A stretch of 64,000 nucleotides of DNA from NCBI GenBank assembly GCA_963702845.1, contig OY969763.1, positions 480,001 to 544,000 of the forward strand, written 5' to 3'. The notes under the pieces were generated by a model that was given only the letters and a program-made list of their open reading frames with translations, was not told the origin of the DNA and searched no databases. The stretch is from an uncultured Verrucomicrobiae bacterium. GTDB taxonomy: Bacteria > Verrucomicrobiota > Verrucomicrobiia > Limisphaerales > Palsa-1400. Below are positions 37,867 through 50,896 of this stretch, piece after piece (position 1 is the first letter of the stretch; every line of letters begins with the position of its first letter). Made by a program: the position numbers and the translations under genes.

Positions 37867-38077
37867 TCTGCTTTGAATGCCCGCGCTTTGCGGTTTGAAG
37901 TTTAACCCGACCGGTTACCTGCGAATCAAGACGCGCCATGTTTGCGCCGACGTGGCAGATGTCGGACGTGCCCAAAACTGACCAGCTTGCGGCGTTGTTC
38001 AACCCAGAGCCGAAACGTGAACGACTTTAAGCTGCCCCAAAAGGTGACCGGCTTGACGCTCCGACCGTTGGTGATCC

Positions 38078-38872
<795 letters not shown>

Positions 38873-38912
38873 TTAAGCTTCGTTCCGCGTGACGCTGGCG
38901 CGGTTGAGCCAA

Positions 38913-40154
38913 TTAAAAATGGTAGCCGAAGCTTGCGGACAGTGCGTGGCTTAGAAATGTGTATTGGCCGTTGGCGGGAGCGTTGAATCCAGTCAGGCCA
39001 CTAATGGTCCGTTCGGGACCGTAGAGGAATTGATAAGTCGCGTCCCAACTGAAGCATTTATATTTTCGGCCAACGCCAACGCTGAAGACGTGCCGGTTCC
39101 CATCGGGCACAATCGGATTGAAGGTCGCAGTCGGAACGGAATTCTGGGCATAGGCGTAACCGCCGCTGACGCGCCAGCCATGTTCCAAATAACGAGTGGC
39201 GCCAAATTCATAAAACCAACTCGATTGCCAATCCAGAGGCACAGTTTGAATACCTGTCGCACTTTTGTTCAGCGAGAACGTCTTTACTACACTCCAATCG
39301 GTCCAATCGGCATTGATTTCGAAGTTCCATTTTTCGTTCGGCCGGTAGGAATAGCCGAAGAGCACATTTTGCGGGAATGGAAAACGTGCACTGGCGTTTT
39401 CGATAATCGGCCCGGGGAGCAATGCCGGAATTTTCGTATCGGCATGGCCTTCAAAATTCATTGTGGTTTCGCTGCGATAGCTGACACCGAAGGAATGTTG
39501 CTTGAGCGGATGCCAGAGCACGCCGGCGTTGAAACCCAGATCATCGTCACGACCACGAAAGCGCAAGGTGTTGGCCGGACTGCCGAACGGGATGAAGCGA
39601 AACTCGGTCTCGGCGTAGTTGATCGTCGGTCCCGCGGAAATAGCGAGCGTCTTGAACGGTTTCCAGGCAAGAACCGGGTTGATCGTGATGTATTCGATTT
39701 CGCCTTTTTTCGGAAAGTTCGGCGAGGTTAGGAATGGAGCGTTGTCCGGCCACTCCAAGCCAAGTCCGTAAGGCGCGTAAACGCCCAAACCGAAAGTCAA
39801 CGGCGTATCGGGCCACTTAGCGGTGAGGAAAAACTGCGGAATGACCAGCAACTTTTGGCGCGTATTTACATTGGTGCTGCCATTTTCGTAATGCGAGCGA
39901 AGGAAAATGCCGTAGGCACTGACGCGCGCGTTGATTCCATCCAGTTGCGAAATACCGGCAGGGTTATAATAGATCGCCGAAGGATTGTCGGCGGTTGCGA
40001 CAAACGCTCCACCGCGCGCCGTGGCAAATGCGTCCTGATCGGGCACCTGGATTCCAATCGCAAAAAGCTGTGCCGGAAGAAAGGTTGCCAGCGCGATGCT
40101 GAGCGTGATGAAGAACGTTGAGCAGTTCCTGAACACGAATCGGATTATTGACAC
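38913..40154 (-). CDS. OmpP1/FadL family outer-membrane transporter
   Basis: ATADNPSAIYYNPAG hatch motif, GVYAPYGL, PD..RH and C-terminal GYHF. Confidence 0.92.
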   Translation of the reverse strand: MSIIRFVFRNCSTFFITLSIALATFLPAQLFAIGIQVPDQDAFATARGGAFVATADNPSAIYYNPAGISQLDGINARVSAYGIFLRSHYENGSTNVNTRQKLLVIPQFFLTAKWPDTPLTFGLGVYAPYGLGLEWPDNAPFLTSPNFPKKGEIEYITINPVLAWKPFKTLAISAGPTINYAETEFRFIPFGSPANTLRFRGRDDDLGFNAGVLWHPLKQHSFGVSYRSETTMNFEGHADTKIPALLPGPIIENASARFPFPQNVLFGYSYRPNEKWNFEINADWTDWSVVKTFSLNKSATGIQTVPLDWQSSWFYEFGATRYLEHGWRVSGGYAYAQNSVPTATFNPIVPDGNRHVFSVGVGRKYKCFSWDATYQFLYGPERTISGLTGFNAPANGQYTFLSHALSASFGYHF

Positions 40155-40291
40155 CTTTGTGCGGGACTGTCGAGCCCTTCGGCGGCAGGCAGGGCCGTCG
40201 ATTCTGTAACGGCAATACCCTTACCCCAACTTGCTACAGAGGCTAATTGCGCTATCGGATTTGGAAGGTTTGACTTGGTAGAAGCCTAATC

Positions 40292-42715
40292 ATGTCCGTG
40301 CCAGCTCCAACCCACGCGCCTCTGGACCCTGGGGCGCAGGCCAAGTGCCAGCGTCTCTGCACCGTGCTGGCGTCAACGGCTTTGGTGATCGGCGCGATTG
40401 GGTTCGTCGGCTGGGTGTTGGGCATCGACACGTTCAAGCGTTGTCACCCCGCGTTCGTCGCGATGAAATTTAACGCGACCGTCGGCCTGATATTGGCCGC
40501 GGGAGCTTTGCTGTTACAGCGATGCGAATCGGTCCAGGGCTGGCAGCGGCAGACCGCGCGATTGATGGCCGCATTCATCGTGGTGCTTGGCGTGGTTACT
40601 TCGCTCGAACACATTATCGGCTGGGACGCCGGCATCGATCAGTTATTCTTTCGAGAAAGCGAGGCGGAGGCCGGCCAATCGTTCCCCGGTCGCACGGGGA
40701 TCGGAAGCTGCGCGGGCCTGATACTGATCGGGATCGGGCTGCTTGTTTTAGACAAAAGCTGGTGTGGGAAGTATTGCTCGGGGTTTCTTGCGCTCACTGC
40801 CGGCATTTTCATATCGCTCGTTGGTCTCGCTTACTTCTACGGCGTTGAACAATTCGAGCCCATCGCCAAATACGCGACCATCGCCCCGCATACCGTTGTC
40901 GCGTTCGTTTGTTTAAGTGTCGCGATCATGCTGTCGCGGCCGGAGCGCGGGATAACGGCGACGTTGTGCGGAAGTGATTTCGGCAGCGCGGTCGCCCGGC
41001 GAACGTTGTTGCCGGCAATTCTTGTTCCGATCGTGTTTGGGTGGCTGTGCGTTCTTGGGCATAGAGCTGGATTCTATGGCGTTGGTTTTGGCATGGCACT
41101 GTTCACACTGTCGTTGGTGGTGGTTTTTACCGGATTGATTTGGTGGACGGCTGTATGGCTCAACCGCGCCCAGGAGTCACAGACGAGTGAGCGAACGGGC
41201 GTTGCGGCTGAGCGAAGAGAAATTTGCCGTGCTCTTCCAGAAAGCGCCGTATCCGATAGTTGTCACCACATACGAAGATCCGGCCTTTCTTGACGTGAAC
41301 GAGGCGTTTCTTCGCATGTTTGGATTTACCAAAGAGGAGGTGCTGGGGAAAACGGGTGTGGAAATCGGCATCAATCCAGATCCGGCTTTACGCGCGAGTT
41401 TGATAGCGGAGTTGGATGCCAATGGCAATATTCGTGACAACGAAGCGCCAATGCGCGCGAGGGCCGGCCGGGAGTACAGTTGTAGTGATCAATGCCGACG
41501 CAGTAAAAATCGCCGGCGAAAAGTATCTGCTGATAACAGGCCAGGACATCACCGAGCGAAAGCGGGCGCAAGAATCGTTGCGGCGGAGCGAAGAGAAGTT
41601 CTCGGTGCTCTTCGAGAAAGCGCCGTTTGCTGTAGCTGTCAGCAGATTCAAAGATTCGGTCTTCATTGACGTGAACGAGGAATTCCTTCGCATGCTTGGA
41701 TTTGCCAAAGAGGAGGTGCTCGGGAAAACGGACGTGGACATCAACATGATTCCAGATCCGAACGAACGCGCGGCTGTGCTGATGGAGTTGCAAGCCAGTG
41801 GTGGCAAGCTTCGTCAACGCGAAATCCGAATGCGCTCGAAGGATGGCCGGAATTACGTTGTGCTGATCAATGCCGACATCGTCCAGATCGCAGGCGAAAT
41901 GCATCTGCTGGCGACTTGTGAGGACATCACCGAGCGAAAGCAGTCAGAAGAAGCGTTGCAACGGGCCAAGGCGCAATTGCAGGAACACGCGACCAATCTG
42001 GAACAAACCGTTGCGGAGCGCACGGCTGAGTTGAAGGAAACGAACGAGCAGCTCGAGGCATTCGTCTATTCCATTGCGCACGATTTGCGCGCTCCGCTCC
42101 GTGCCATGCAGGGTTACGCGCACATACTGCTTGAAGATCTTGCAGGGAAGCTTCCCGAAACTGATCAGAAGTTTCTAAGCAATATTCATCACTCCGCCGA
42201 ATACATGGATCGAATGATTCTGGATCTGCTCGCTTTTGGACGGACAGCGCGGACGGATATCGAGTTGCGCAGCGTCGATGTGCAAAAGATTTGGGATGCT
42301 GCTCGTTTTCAGTGCGCTGACCAAATCGAACAAACCGGCGCTCACATCGAAACAGTGAAGCCTTTGCCCACGGTGCGCGCCCACGACGCCACTCTTACTC
42401 AAGTGCTGGCGAATTTGCTCAGCAACGCCATGAAGTTTATGAAGGCTGGCGTAAGGCCTGAGATCCGTTTTTGGGCAGAGGACCGTCGGCCACAGCGTCA
42501 GACTGTGGTTGCAGGATAACGGCGTCGGTATCGATATCGAGTATCACGAGCGCATCTTCCGGGTATTCGAACGTCTACACGGCTCAAACTTCGCCGGCAC
42601 CGGTATCGGCCTGTCGATCGTCCGCAAAGGCGTGGAACGAATGAACGGCAACATTGGTTTGGAAAGTGAAGTCGGCAAAGGAACGCGATTTTGGATTGAG
42701 TTGCCGAAAGCGTGA
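40292..42715 (+). pseudogene. Membrane-bound PAS-PAS sensor histidine kinase broken by three +1 frameshifts (~41180, 41478, ~42487); likely sequencing errors
   Basis: Multi-TM N-terminus, two duplicated PAS domains, LEAFVYSIAHDLRAPL, NLLSNAMKF, DNGVG and GTGIGL, spread over four consecutive ORFs. Confidence 0.8.
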
Positions 42716-42995
42716 AGGAAGGGGTGCGATCTCCGAGCGCGAGTTGGAGTTGGCGCTGAGACGTTGCGCTACCGCCAACCAGTGGGGACCCGAGGAGGCC
42801 GAAGAGTGGTAGGGCAATCTCGCCACGATGGAGGTTATGACGACGGTGGTGGTGCCGAAATCTGATTAAACAGCCTTCCCAATTGCCCAAAGCCTTTCCC
42901 TTGCCCGGAACCTTTCTTCCGCTTGAGCGGTTTTTCGGTCCCCTAACTTCCGATACAAAAAAGTGGCCGGGCCGTTTTTGGAGCGTTAAAACGAA

Positions 42996-43021
42996 AGGCG
43001 GCGGGGATTGTCCCGCCGCCT
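42996..43021. terminator. Probable terminator hairpin
   Basis: aggcggcggg-gattgt-cccgccgcct between convergent genes. Confidence 0.65.
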
Positions 43022-43059
43022 ATTTCATTCCTCAGGTAATTAATCTTTATGGCGCCACG

Positions 43060-43704
43060 TCATTCCTTGGACACTTTCATAGCCAGCGCCTGTGTCACCA
43101 CCACTTTCACCTCGTCGCCTTTTTGGAGCTTATCGAGGTCCACGGCTTCACCGACCTTCACTGTTTTGGTGTTGCCTTCAGGTCCCTTCAATTTGACGGA
43201 TCGCTTGTCCTTATCGATTTCCTCGATCGTCGCGGTCGCTTCCTCGGTCTTCACTGCCATCCCGGCTGGTTTCTCGCCTTTAGCAGCCACAATGAACGCT
43301 TTGGCTTCTTCCGGTTTCTCGGGGGCCGCTTGCCCGGGCTTCAACATGGAAATGGCCGCCGATTCATAATAAGTGGCCGACACTTTGTCGCCCTTTTGGA
43401 TCTGATCGAAGTTTTCAACAGCAGGCCCAACCTTCACTTTTTCGGTATCGCCCTTGTCTGTTTTCAGAGTGACGGTGCGATCTTCCTTGTTGATATCTTC
43501 CACAGTCGCCGAAGCGGTCACCGAATCGGAGACAACAAGTTTTGGAGTGGAAGCGCCGGCCGCTTCCTGCACCTGTTTGCCGCTGTCGTCGGCTTTCGCG
43601 CTCTTGTCCTGAGCCTTGTCCTTGCTGTCTGAATCTTGTGCGAATGCAAGCGCCCCGGACGTGATCAAAGCACCCATCACCGCTATTACAGTCTTACGTT
43701 TCAT
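43060..43704 (-). CDS. Exported protein with two tandem OB-fold-like repeats
   Basis: AAAGGAG RBS and a signal peptide ending AFA. Repeats ATVEDINKEDRTVTLK...IQKGDKV and ATIEEIDKDKRSVKLK...LQKGDEV. Confidence 0.8.
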   Translation of the reverse strand: MKRKTVIAVMGALITSGALAFAQDSDSKDKAQDKSAKADDSGKQVQEAAGASTPKLVVSDSVTASATVEDINKEDRTVTLKTDKGDTEKVKVGPAVENFDQIQKGDKVSATYYESAAISMLKPGQAAPEKPEEAKAFIVAAKGEKPAGMAVKTEEATATIEEIDKDKRSVKLKGPEGNTKTVKVGEAVDLDKLQKGDEVKVVVTQALAMKVSKE

Positions 43705-43938
43705 AGAATGTCTCCTTTGTTTGGTCATAAAGTTTAATTTCGAGCCATCCCAAGACTGCGCCATGGGACTTAGGGCGTAAGAGGTTTGCCCTGCATCCCA
43801 TGGGCGGCTGACTCAACAAGGAAAACAGGCAAACCAATAGCATGGTTCATTTTTCTTCGTTATATATCAGAAGCATACGATTCAGAGGTGAATCCAACCG
43901 GTGAGCGGTGCCCATTGACGCAGCGGTTGCGCGAAGTG

Positions 43939-44403
43939 TTAACCGGTCGTTTGCGTTCCGGGCCCTTCCGCAGCATCCGAGGCCGAGCGTTTGGGCCAAC
44001 CCGGCAATTTGGTCACTTGTCCTTGTGCCAGCACCACGTCCGGATCGCGTTGCAAGGCCTCATGATAGTTCTGGGCAAAACCCTCTCCGCTTTCGCTTGC
44101 GACCAGCAATCCAGCCGCTTCCTTCACCAAACCCTCCACCGCGACTTGAGTGAACGGCTCATCGCCATCCAGCGCCTCGTCGATCGAGATAATCAATTTT
44201 GAAAGTGGGCTTAGCCATGCGAACCAGGGATCGTTCGTGAGCAGGTGCAGGAAATGGTTGGGCGAGGAGATTTTCGCCACGGTGCGCTCATATTCCACTC
44301 GCTCGGATTCCACTAACGCCTTGTGCAGGCTCAACAACGAAGTGCGCAGGGTCTCGAGCCGTGCCCGAATCGCTTCGGCGTCTGGTTTGGATTGCGTGCT
44401 CAT
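43939..44403 (-). CDS. Conserved hypothetical protein
   Basis: LLSLHKALV..ER..YE...LL..DPWFAWL.PLS.LI..IDE pattern and an AAGGA RBS. Confidence 0.75.
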   Translation of the reverse strand: MSTQSKPDAEAIRARLETLRTSLLSLHKALVESERVEYERTVAKISSPNHFLHLLTNDPWFAWLSPLSKLIISIDEALDGDEPFTQVAVEGLVKEAAGLLVASESGEGFAQNYHEALQRDPDVVLAQGQVTKLPGWPKRSASDAAEGPGTQTTG

Positions 44404-44671
44404 ACCGTTTCCTTTCAGACAAACATACCACTTTTACGCCGGCACCGACGGCTTTTCTGCAGGCGACGTGGGATTCGCGATATGCTCTGAAAGAAAACGC
44501 TGAACCCGGTCATTAGTGACAGCTTCTCGTGGATTCAATGAGGCAATTATTGTCCGGTAATTGGCAAGGATTGCAAAGATTGTCCAGTCCGCCCTGAGTC
44601 AAATGTTTCGTGACCTTTAGCGGCAAAATCCGGCGAGAGGTCAAATCATGTATTAATGTTTGCTCAGCGCT

Positions 44672-47600
44672 ATGAAACTGATTTTCTTTCTGCTCGTTAC
44701 AGCCTTCTATCTGACGTCACCTCGCATCCTTGCTGCGGCTCCAGAATCGGAGGAAGGCTTCGTTTCCATTTTCAACGGCCGTGACCTGAGCGGCTGGGAC
44801 GGCAAACCTGGCTGGTGGCGCGTGGAGGATGGCGCCATCACGGGAGAAAGCACCTCGGAAAAGCGTTTGCTCAAACATAACTACCTCATTTGGCGCGGCG
44901 GGAAACCTGCGGATTTTGAACTGCGACTCCGGTTTCGGCTGCAAGGCGGGAATTCCGGGATCCAGTTTCGCAGCCGCGAATTGGCAGATTGGGACACGCG
45001 AGGGTACCAGGCCGATATGGATGCCGCGGACCAATATACCGGCGGCATTTACGAACATCAGCGTGGCCTGATCGCTTCGCGTGGGCAAAAGGTGACCATT
45101 GCTCGCGGTGGTACCCGACAAGTCGATTCCCTGGGCGACTTCGCCGAATTGCGCAAGCATATCAAGGATGGTGATTGGAACGATTATCGGGTCGTCGCGC
45201 GCGGCAGCGTAATGAAGCTGTTTATCAATGGCGTGCTGACCGCGCAGGCGGATGATGGCCAGACGAACCATGCGGCGAGCAGTGGCATCCTTGGTTTCCA
45301 GTTGCATCCCGGCCCGCCGATGAAAGTTCAGTTCCAGAATATCCGGCTGAAGCTCTTTACCAACAGCGCGCCTGAAGAAAGCACGAGTCCAGCGCGCGAA
45401 CCTACGGCCACGCCGGCTTCCCAAATCAAGGTCGCGAAGGATTTTAAAGTTGAGCTGCTCTATTCTCCGCCAAAAACGCAGGGTTCGTGGGTCAGCATGT
45501 GCGTGGATCCCAAAGGCCGGCTGATCGTGTGCGACCAGTATGACGGCGGCCTGTACCGCATTACGCCGCCACCGTTTGGTGACGCAGCTACAGGCACGAA
45601 GGTTGAAAAAATTAATGTCGAGTTAAGCGGTGCGCAGGGGTTGCTTTGGGCCTTCGACAGCCTTTATGCAATGGTCACCAAGAATGGCAAATTCGCCAGC
45701 GGCCTCTACCGGGTGCGAGACACCAACGGAGACGATCAACTGGATCAGGTTGAATTGTTGCGTCCGCTCGAAGGTGGCGGCGACCACGGCTGGCACGGTC
45801 TCCTGGCCGGGCCTGACGGGAAATCTATTTACGTGGTGGCCGGCGACGCTACGCGGTTCGCCAAACCGGAGCGCTCACGAGTGCCGCGCATCTGGAGCGA
45901 GGATCATCTGCTGCCTCGCCTGCCGGACGCGCGCGGGTTCATGACGACGGTGCTGGCGCCGGGCGGTTGCTTTTATCGCGTGGACCCGGAAGGCAAAACC
46001 TGGGAACTCATCTCGACCGGCTTCCGCAATCCGTACGATGCGGCATTCAACCGTTACGGTGACCTGCTGACGTTCGATGCCGACATGGAGTGGGACATGA
46101 ACACGCCATGGTATCGGCCGACGCGCATTTGCCTCGTGACCAGCGGGAGCGAATTCGGTTGGCGCAATGGCGCGGGAAAATGGCCTGCGTATTATCCCGA
46201 CAGCCTGCCTGCGGTGCTTGACGTCGGCCCTGGCTCACCCGTGGGCATGACCTTTGGCTACGGCGCAAAATTTCCCGGGCGCTATCAGGAGGCGCTGTTT
46301 CTTCCGGACTGGAGTTACGGTCGCATCTATGCGGCGCATTTGACTCCCGATGGCGCGGCTTACAACGGAGAGACCGAACTCATCATGAGCGGCACGCCGC
46401 TGCCGACGACGGATATCGTCGTAAACCCGCGAGACGGCGCGATGTATTTCGTGACCGGAGGTTGGCGCATCCAGACGGGCCTATACCGGGTTACGTATGT
46501 CGGCAAAGAACCCACCGCGCCTGCGCAGCCCGTGGATAGCGGTGCAGAATTGCGCGCGCTGCGGCGCAGGCTCGAAGCGTTTCACGGCCACCAGGATTCC
46601 AGCGCGGTGAAAGTGGTATGGCCATACCTCGGGCATGAAGATCGCTATATCCGTTTCGCGGCGCGGGTCGCGCTGGAATGGCAGGATCCCGGTCAATGGC
46701 GCGAAAAGGCGTTGAAGGAAACCAAAGCGCCAGTCGCGCTGACGGCCTTGATGGCGTTGGTTCGCGTCAGCGCGCGCGATCAATTTCATCGCCAGCCAAC
46801 CGACCCACTGCCGGACCCGTCCTTGCAAGAGAGGGTGCTGGCAGCCCTGGAGCGTATTGAATGGAAAAAGCTGACCGATGCCCAGCGGGTTGATTTGCTG
46901 CGTGTGTATGCGCTGACGTTTACACGACTGGGTCAGCCGAGCGAAACCAATCGCACACGGCTCGTCGCCAAATTTGATCCGCTCTTTCCGGCGGCCACGC
47001 GCGAGTTAAACGCTGAACTTTGCGAGTTGCTCGCATATCTTCAATCGCCGTCGCTCGCAGCCAAAGCGGTCGCCCTCGTGGACCGCGCGCCAACCCAGGA
47101 GGAACAGATCGAATATATGAAGTCGCTGCGCGTTCTGCGCGCCGGTTGGACGCCGGAACTTCGCGAAGCCTACTTTAAATGGTTTATCAAAGCCGGCGGC
47201 TACCGGGGTGGCGCAAGCTTTGCCGGCTTCATGCAGCTGATCAAGAACGACGCTATTGCCACGCTGTCCGATGCTGAGAAAGAGCACTTGAAACCTGTGC
47301 TTGAGGCAAAGCCGGTGACGCAATCCTCGTTGCAAGCCATGCAACAGGTACTAGCTGGACATTCCTTCGTGAAAGAATGGAAGGTCAGCGACCTGGCGCC
47401 GCTGGCGGAAAAAGGTTTGCACGAGCGCTCGTTTGAGCGCGGGCGCAAGTTGTTCGGTGGACTCGGCTGTTTCTCATGCCACCGGTTTGCCAACGAAGGT
47501 GGTGCGGTCGGTCCGGACCTGACCGGTGCGGGCGGACGTTTTAGCCCGCGCGATCTGCTCGAAGCCATCATCGAACCGAGCAAGACCATCAGCGATCTCT

Positions 47601-47902
47601 ATGCGCCGATCGTGATTCAGTTGAACGACGGCGACACGCTCACGGGACAAATAGTTTATCTAGGGACCGAAAGCATCAAAGTTAGCACCGACATGCTGAA
47701 TCCGAGCGAAACGACGAAGGTCGAGCGCAAAGACATAAAATCTATTGAAACCTCGAAAGTCTCTCCGATGCCCACCGGACTGCTGAACCTCTTGGCCAAG
47801 GACGAAATCATGGACTTGGTTGCCTACGTGCTTTCCGGCGGCAATGGGACGAATAAAATGTTTACGCAAACCAAACACTCCGACCTCAGCAAGCGACGTT
47901 AG
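44672..47902 (+). CDS. DUF1080 + glucose/sorbosone-dehydrogenase-like propeller + HEAT-like + PVC-type cytochrome c (CxxCH) protein
   Basis: [39 protein letters not shown] and VSPMP. Confidence 0.88.
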   Translation: MKLIFFLLVTAFYLTSPRILAAAPESEEGFVSIFNGRDLSGWDGKPGWWRVEDGAITGESTSEKRLLKHNYLIWRGGKPADFELRLRFRLQGGNSGIQFRSRELADWDTRGYQADMDAADQYTGGIYEHQRGLIASRGQKVTIARGGTRQVDSLGDFAELRKHIKDGDWNDYRVVARGSVMKLFINGVLTAQADDGQTNHAASSGILGFQLHPGPPMKVQFQNIRLKLFTNSAPEESTSPAREPTATPASQIKVAKDFKVELLYSPPKTQGSWVSMCVDPKGRLIVCDQYDGGLYRITPPPFGDAATGTKVEKINVELSGAQGLLWAFDSLYAMVTKNGKFASGLYRVRDTNGDDQLDQVELLRPLEGGGDHGWHGLLAGPDGKSIYVVAGDATRFAKPERSRVPRIWSEDHLLPRLPDARGFMTTVLAPGGCFYRVDPEGKTWELISTGFRNPYDAAFNRYGDLLTFDADMEWDMNTPWYRPTRICLVTSGSEFGWRNGAGKWPAYYPDSLPAVLDVGPGSPVGMTFGYGAKFPGRYQEALFLPDWSYGRIYAAHLTPDGAAYNGETELIMSGTPLPTTDIVVNPRDGAMYFVTGGWRIQTGLYRVTYVGKEPTAPAQPVDSGAELRALRRRLEAFHGHQDSSAVKVVWPYLGHEDRYIRFAARVALEWQDPGQWREKALKETKAPVALTALMALVRVSARDQFHRQPTDPLPDPSLQERVLAALERIEWKKLTDAQRVDLLRVYALTFTRLGQPSETNRTRLVAKFDPLFPAATRELNAELCELLAYLQSPSLAAKAVALVDRAPTQEEQIEYMKSLRVLRAGWTPELREAYFKWFIKAGGYRGGASFAGFMQLIKNDAIATLSDAEKEHLKPVLEAKPVTQSSLQAMQQVLAGHSFVKEWKVSDLAPLAEKGLHERSFERGRKLFGGLGCFSCHRFANEGGAVGPDLTGAGGRFSPRDLLEAIIEPSKTISDLYAPIVIQLNDGDTLTGQIVYLGTESIKVSTDMLNPSETTKVERKDIKSIETSKVSPMPTGLLNLLAKDEIMDLVAYVLSGGNGTNKMFTQTKHSDLSKRR

Positions 47903-48050
47903 ACGTCGCGATAACAAACGCAAATTCCCATCATTTAGAATTGCACCGCGGGGCGGATTTTATAGCATCGCCGTTCGCCCTTGCGGGCTCGACCATCCAA
48001 AATCGGGCACACGCGGCCGACGTTCGGCTTGCGGCGAAAGATTTTCCAAA

Positions 48051-49157
48051 ATGAAAAGTTATAACATTGCAGTCATGGGCGGCGACGGAACCGGTCCGGA
48101 AGTCGTTCGCGAAGCCGTCAAAGTTCTCGATGTCGTCAGTAAAAAATTCGGCATCAAACTCAACTACACCAATTACGATTTGGGCGGTGAACGCTATCTG
48201 CGCACGAACGAAGCGTTGCCGGATTCAGTCGTTGAAGAGTTGCGCAAGTTTCCCGCAATTCTGCTCGGTGCCATCGGCCATCCTGATGTGAAGCCCGGCA
48301 TTTTGGAAAAAGGCATTTTGCTGCGCCTGCGTTTCGAGCTCGAGCAATACATCAATCTACGCCCGGTGAAGCTCTACGACGAACGCTTCTGCCCGCTCAA
48401 GGACAAGAAGCCGGAAGACATTGATTTTGTCGTCGTCCGCGAAAACAACGAAGGTCTCTACACCGGTTCCGGTGGTTTCGTTTTCAAAGGTACCCCGCAC
48501 GAAATCGCGATCCAGGAAAGCGTGAACACCCGTCGCGGTGTTGAACGCTGCTTGCGCTATGCATTCGAATTAGCTCAAAAACGCCGCGCTGGAAAGCCTT
48601 GGCGCGGTTTGAAGCCCGACGACATCAAAGCCGGCAAGACATCGCAACTGACCTTGTCCGGTAAGACGAACGTTTTGACCTACGCGTTCGATTTGTGGTT
48701 CCGCGCGTTTAACGAAGTCGGCGAAGCAGATTTCAAAAACGTCAAACGCGACTACGCACACGTCGACGCGACCACGATGTGGTTCGTGAAGAATCCGGAA
48801 TGGTTCGACGTGATCGTCACCGACAACATGTTCGGCGACATCATCACCGACCTCGGCGCGATGGTGCAGGGCGGAATGGGCATTGCCGCTGGCGGCAACA
48901 TCAATCCGCAAGGCTGCAGCATGTTCGAGCCGATTGGCGGAAGCGCTCCGAAGTACACCAATCAAGGCGTCATCAATCCGCTTGCGGCAATTTGCGCCGG
49001 CCAGATGATGCTCGATTTCCTCGGCGAACAGCAGGCGGCGCAAGCGATTGAAACCGCGGTGATCAAGATCACGCGCGAAAAGGTCAAGAGCCTCGCCGCC
49101 GGCAAAATGGGTTACACCACGTCGCAAATGGGCGACCTGGTTTGCGAAGCGCTGTAA
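48051..49157 (+). CDS. leuB: 3-isopropylmalate dehydrogenase
   Basis: [39 protein letters not shown] and FEPIGGSAP. Confidence 0.9.
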   Translation: MKSYNIAVMGGDGTGPEVVREAVKVLDVVSKKFGIKLNYTNYDLGGERYLRTNEALPDSVVEELRKFPAILLGAIGHPDVKPGILEKGILLRLRFELEQYINLRPVKLYDERFCPLKDKKPEDIDFVVVRENNEGLYTGSGGFVFKGTPHEIAIQESVNTRRGVERCLRYAFELAQKRRAGKPWRGLKPDDIKAGKTSQLTLSGKTNVLTYAFDLWFRAFNEVGEADFKNVKRDYAHVDATTMWFVKNPEWFDVIVTDNMFGDIITDLGAMVQGGMGIAAGGNINPQGCSMFEPIGGSAPKYTNQGVINPLAAICAGQMMLDFLGEQQAAQAIETAVIKITREKVKSLAAGKMGYTTSQMGDLVCEAL

Positions 49158-49163
49158 TTTGAA

Positions 49164-49889
49164 TCAATGGTGCGTTTGTAGCCTCGCCCTTTTATAGAGG
49201 GCGAGGTCACTAAACACACAAGTGAACGGCTTTTTCCCGGAATTGACGGCTTCGATTCCGGCGCAAACGGTCTCTGGAAAATCGACTTCCATCGGTCGGA
49301 ACGATTGCCAACAAATGCGATCTGGACTTGTTGACGCGAAGACTTTGTTCCCGTGTCGTTCGAGCCTGAGCCACACGTCGGCATCTTTGATGTCCAATTC
49401 GAAATTCGTAACATCGCTGTCATCGCGCAATTCAAAGTTCGCATAATGGCGAAGTTCGTGACCGAGTCGAACGGCGCCCCGTTGCAAGCTCAAGTGATGA
49501 TGCTTGTCGGCGACGATGAGCAAACCGCCGCCATTGTAAGGGCGACGGCATTCGATCGTGCTTTTTTCGCCCGGCCGAAACACGCCTGAGATTTTGACTT
49601 CAATGATGAAGTTGCCGGTGACTTCGGAGAGAACTCGCGGTGCGTTCCAGATTTCGAGTTCGGACGCGAAATCGTGCGCGGTTGCAGGAATACGGATTTT
49701 GATGCGACAGTCTTCCCGCGAAATGGTACAATCGTGCGCCGGGTCTTCGGTTCTGGCGCTGATTTGAGCGGGTCGCTCGCTCGCGGTTTTTCGATGTGAC
49801 TGACAGCAGACCTCGGTGGTGCAGCCGGTTGTGATGAGAATTGCCGCAGTGAAGAGCAGACCGAAGGAGGTGATCCGAGGCGTGTCCAT
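49164..49889 (-). CDS. DUF1349 (concanavalin-like) domain lipoprotein
   Basis: Lipobox-like TTGC. Motifs NAPRVL, GNF, GGLLI, WLRLERHG and SPD...W. Confidence 0.7.
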   Translation of the reverse strand: MDTPRITSFGLLFTAAILITTGCTTEVCCQSHRKTASERPAQISARTEDPAHDCTISREDCRIKIRIPATAHDFASELEIWNAPRVLSEVTGNFIIEVKISGVFRPGEKSTIECRRPYNGGGLLIVADKHHHLSLQRGAVRLGHELRHYANFELRDDSDVTNFELDIKDADVWLRLERHGNKVFASTSPDRICWQSFRPMEVDFPETVCAGIEAVNSGKKPFTCVFSDLALYKRARLQTHH

Positions 49890-49948
49890 GGGCGGACAAT
49901 ATAAGTTCCGCTTGAAACTTCAACGCCGAAGTGTTGCCTTAGTGGCGA

Positions 49949-50845
49949 ATGCCGTTATTGCGCTGTGTCATTTATAACCCGACTGCCCGTGGTGAGAAGG
50001 CCCGCGCATTTCGTGATGAAGTAACTCAGATCGCGAAAGATTGGGAATTATTTCCAACCACATGCCCCGGTGACGCTCGCACGCTGGCCGCTCGCGCAAC
50101 TCGCGACGGCTACACCGACATCATCGCGGCTGGTGGTGATGGCACGTTAAACGAAGTGGTCAACGGCATCGGCGATGTGCCCGGCGGATTTGAAAAGGTG
50201 ACGTTTGGATTTTTGCCGCTTGGAACGATTAACGTTTTTGCGCGCGAACTTGGACTGCCGCTCAAATGGCAAAACGCCTGGCAGGTCGCGAGCAGTTGTA
50301 AGCCGACCAACATCGATGTGGCGCTCGCTGAGTTCGTCAGCTTGTCCGGTAAACCGGAGAAGCGTTATTTCGTCCAACTAGCCGGAGCCGGCCTCGATGC
50401 TCGCGCGATCGAGTTGGTGAGTTGGAAACAGAAGAAAGTGATTGGGCCGATAGCCTACATCATCTCCGGCTTTCGTGCCCTCGGTGAGCGTCACGAAGTG
50501 ATAGATGTGAAAGGCAGTGAAAGCGCGAGAGGTGAATTGGTTTTGTTTGGCAACGGCCGCTTCTACGGCGGCAGCTTCAATTTTTTCCCGCGCGCGAGTT
50601 TGCAGGATGGCTTATGCGACGTCGCGGTGTTTCCGAAGGTCAATGCCTTTCAACTGATCAAGGGCGTTATCGGCATGTATACCGGCAGCATTTACCGCAT
50701 GTGCGAAGCCCAGCAGCAGCAGGCTGCAAAATTAATGTTGAGCAGCAGCGGCCACGTTCCGTTGCAACTCGATGGCGATTTGGTCGGTCAACTTCCGGCG
50801 ACAATCACCGTGGTGCCGAAAGCCCTGCGCGTTCGAGTTCCTTAG
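49949..50845 (+). CDS. Diacylglycerol/lipid kinase family protein (YegS/BmrU-like)
   Basis: YNPTA, AAGGDGTLNEV, PLGTIN, GAGLDA, NGRFYGG and QLDGD. Confidence 0.92.
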   Translation: MPLLRCVIYNPTARGEKARAFRDEVTQIAKDWELFPTTCPGDARTLAARATRDGYTDIIAAGGDGTLNEVVNGIGDVPGGFEKVTFGFLPLGTINVFARELGLPLKWQNAWQVASSCKPTNIDVALAEFVSLSGKPEKRYFVQLAGAGLDARAIELVSWKQKKVIGPIAYIISGFRALGERHEVIDVKGSESARGELVLFGNGRFYGGSFNFFPRASLQDGLCDVAVFPKVNAFQLIKGVIGMYTGSIYRMCEAQQQQAAKLMLSSSGHVPLQLDGDLVGQLPATITVVPKALRVRVP

Positions 50846-50848
50846 TAC

Positions 50849-50880
50849 AAAAAAAGACACAGAGGGGGACCTCTGTGTCT
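50849..50880 (-). terminator. Intrinsic terminator for the minus-strand oxidoreductase
   Basis: agacacagagg-ggga-cctctgtgtct with an A7 run (U-tract on the minus strand). Confidence 0.8.
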
Positions 50881-50896
50881 CGAGATAATTTAAGAA

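Noticed and set aside
41170..42490. Programmed ribosomal frameshifting in the kinase
   Set aside because: No slippery heptamers are present, and three independent shifts would be needed. Sequencing error or decay is simpler.
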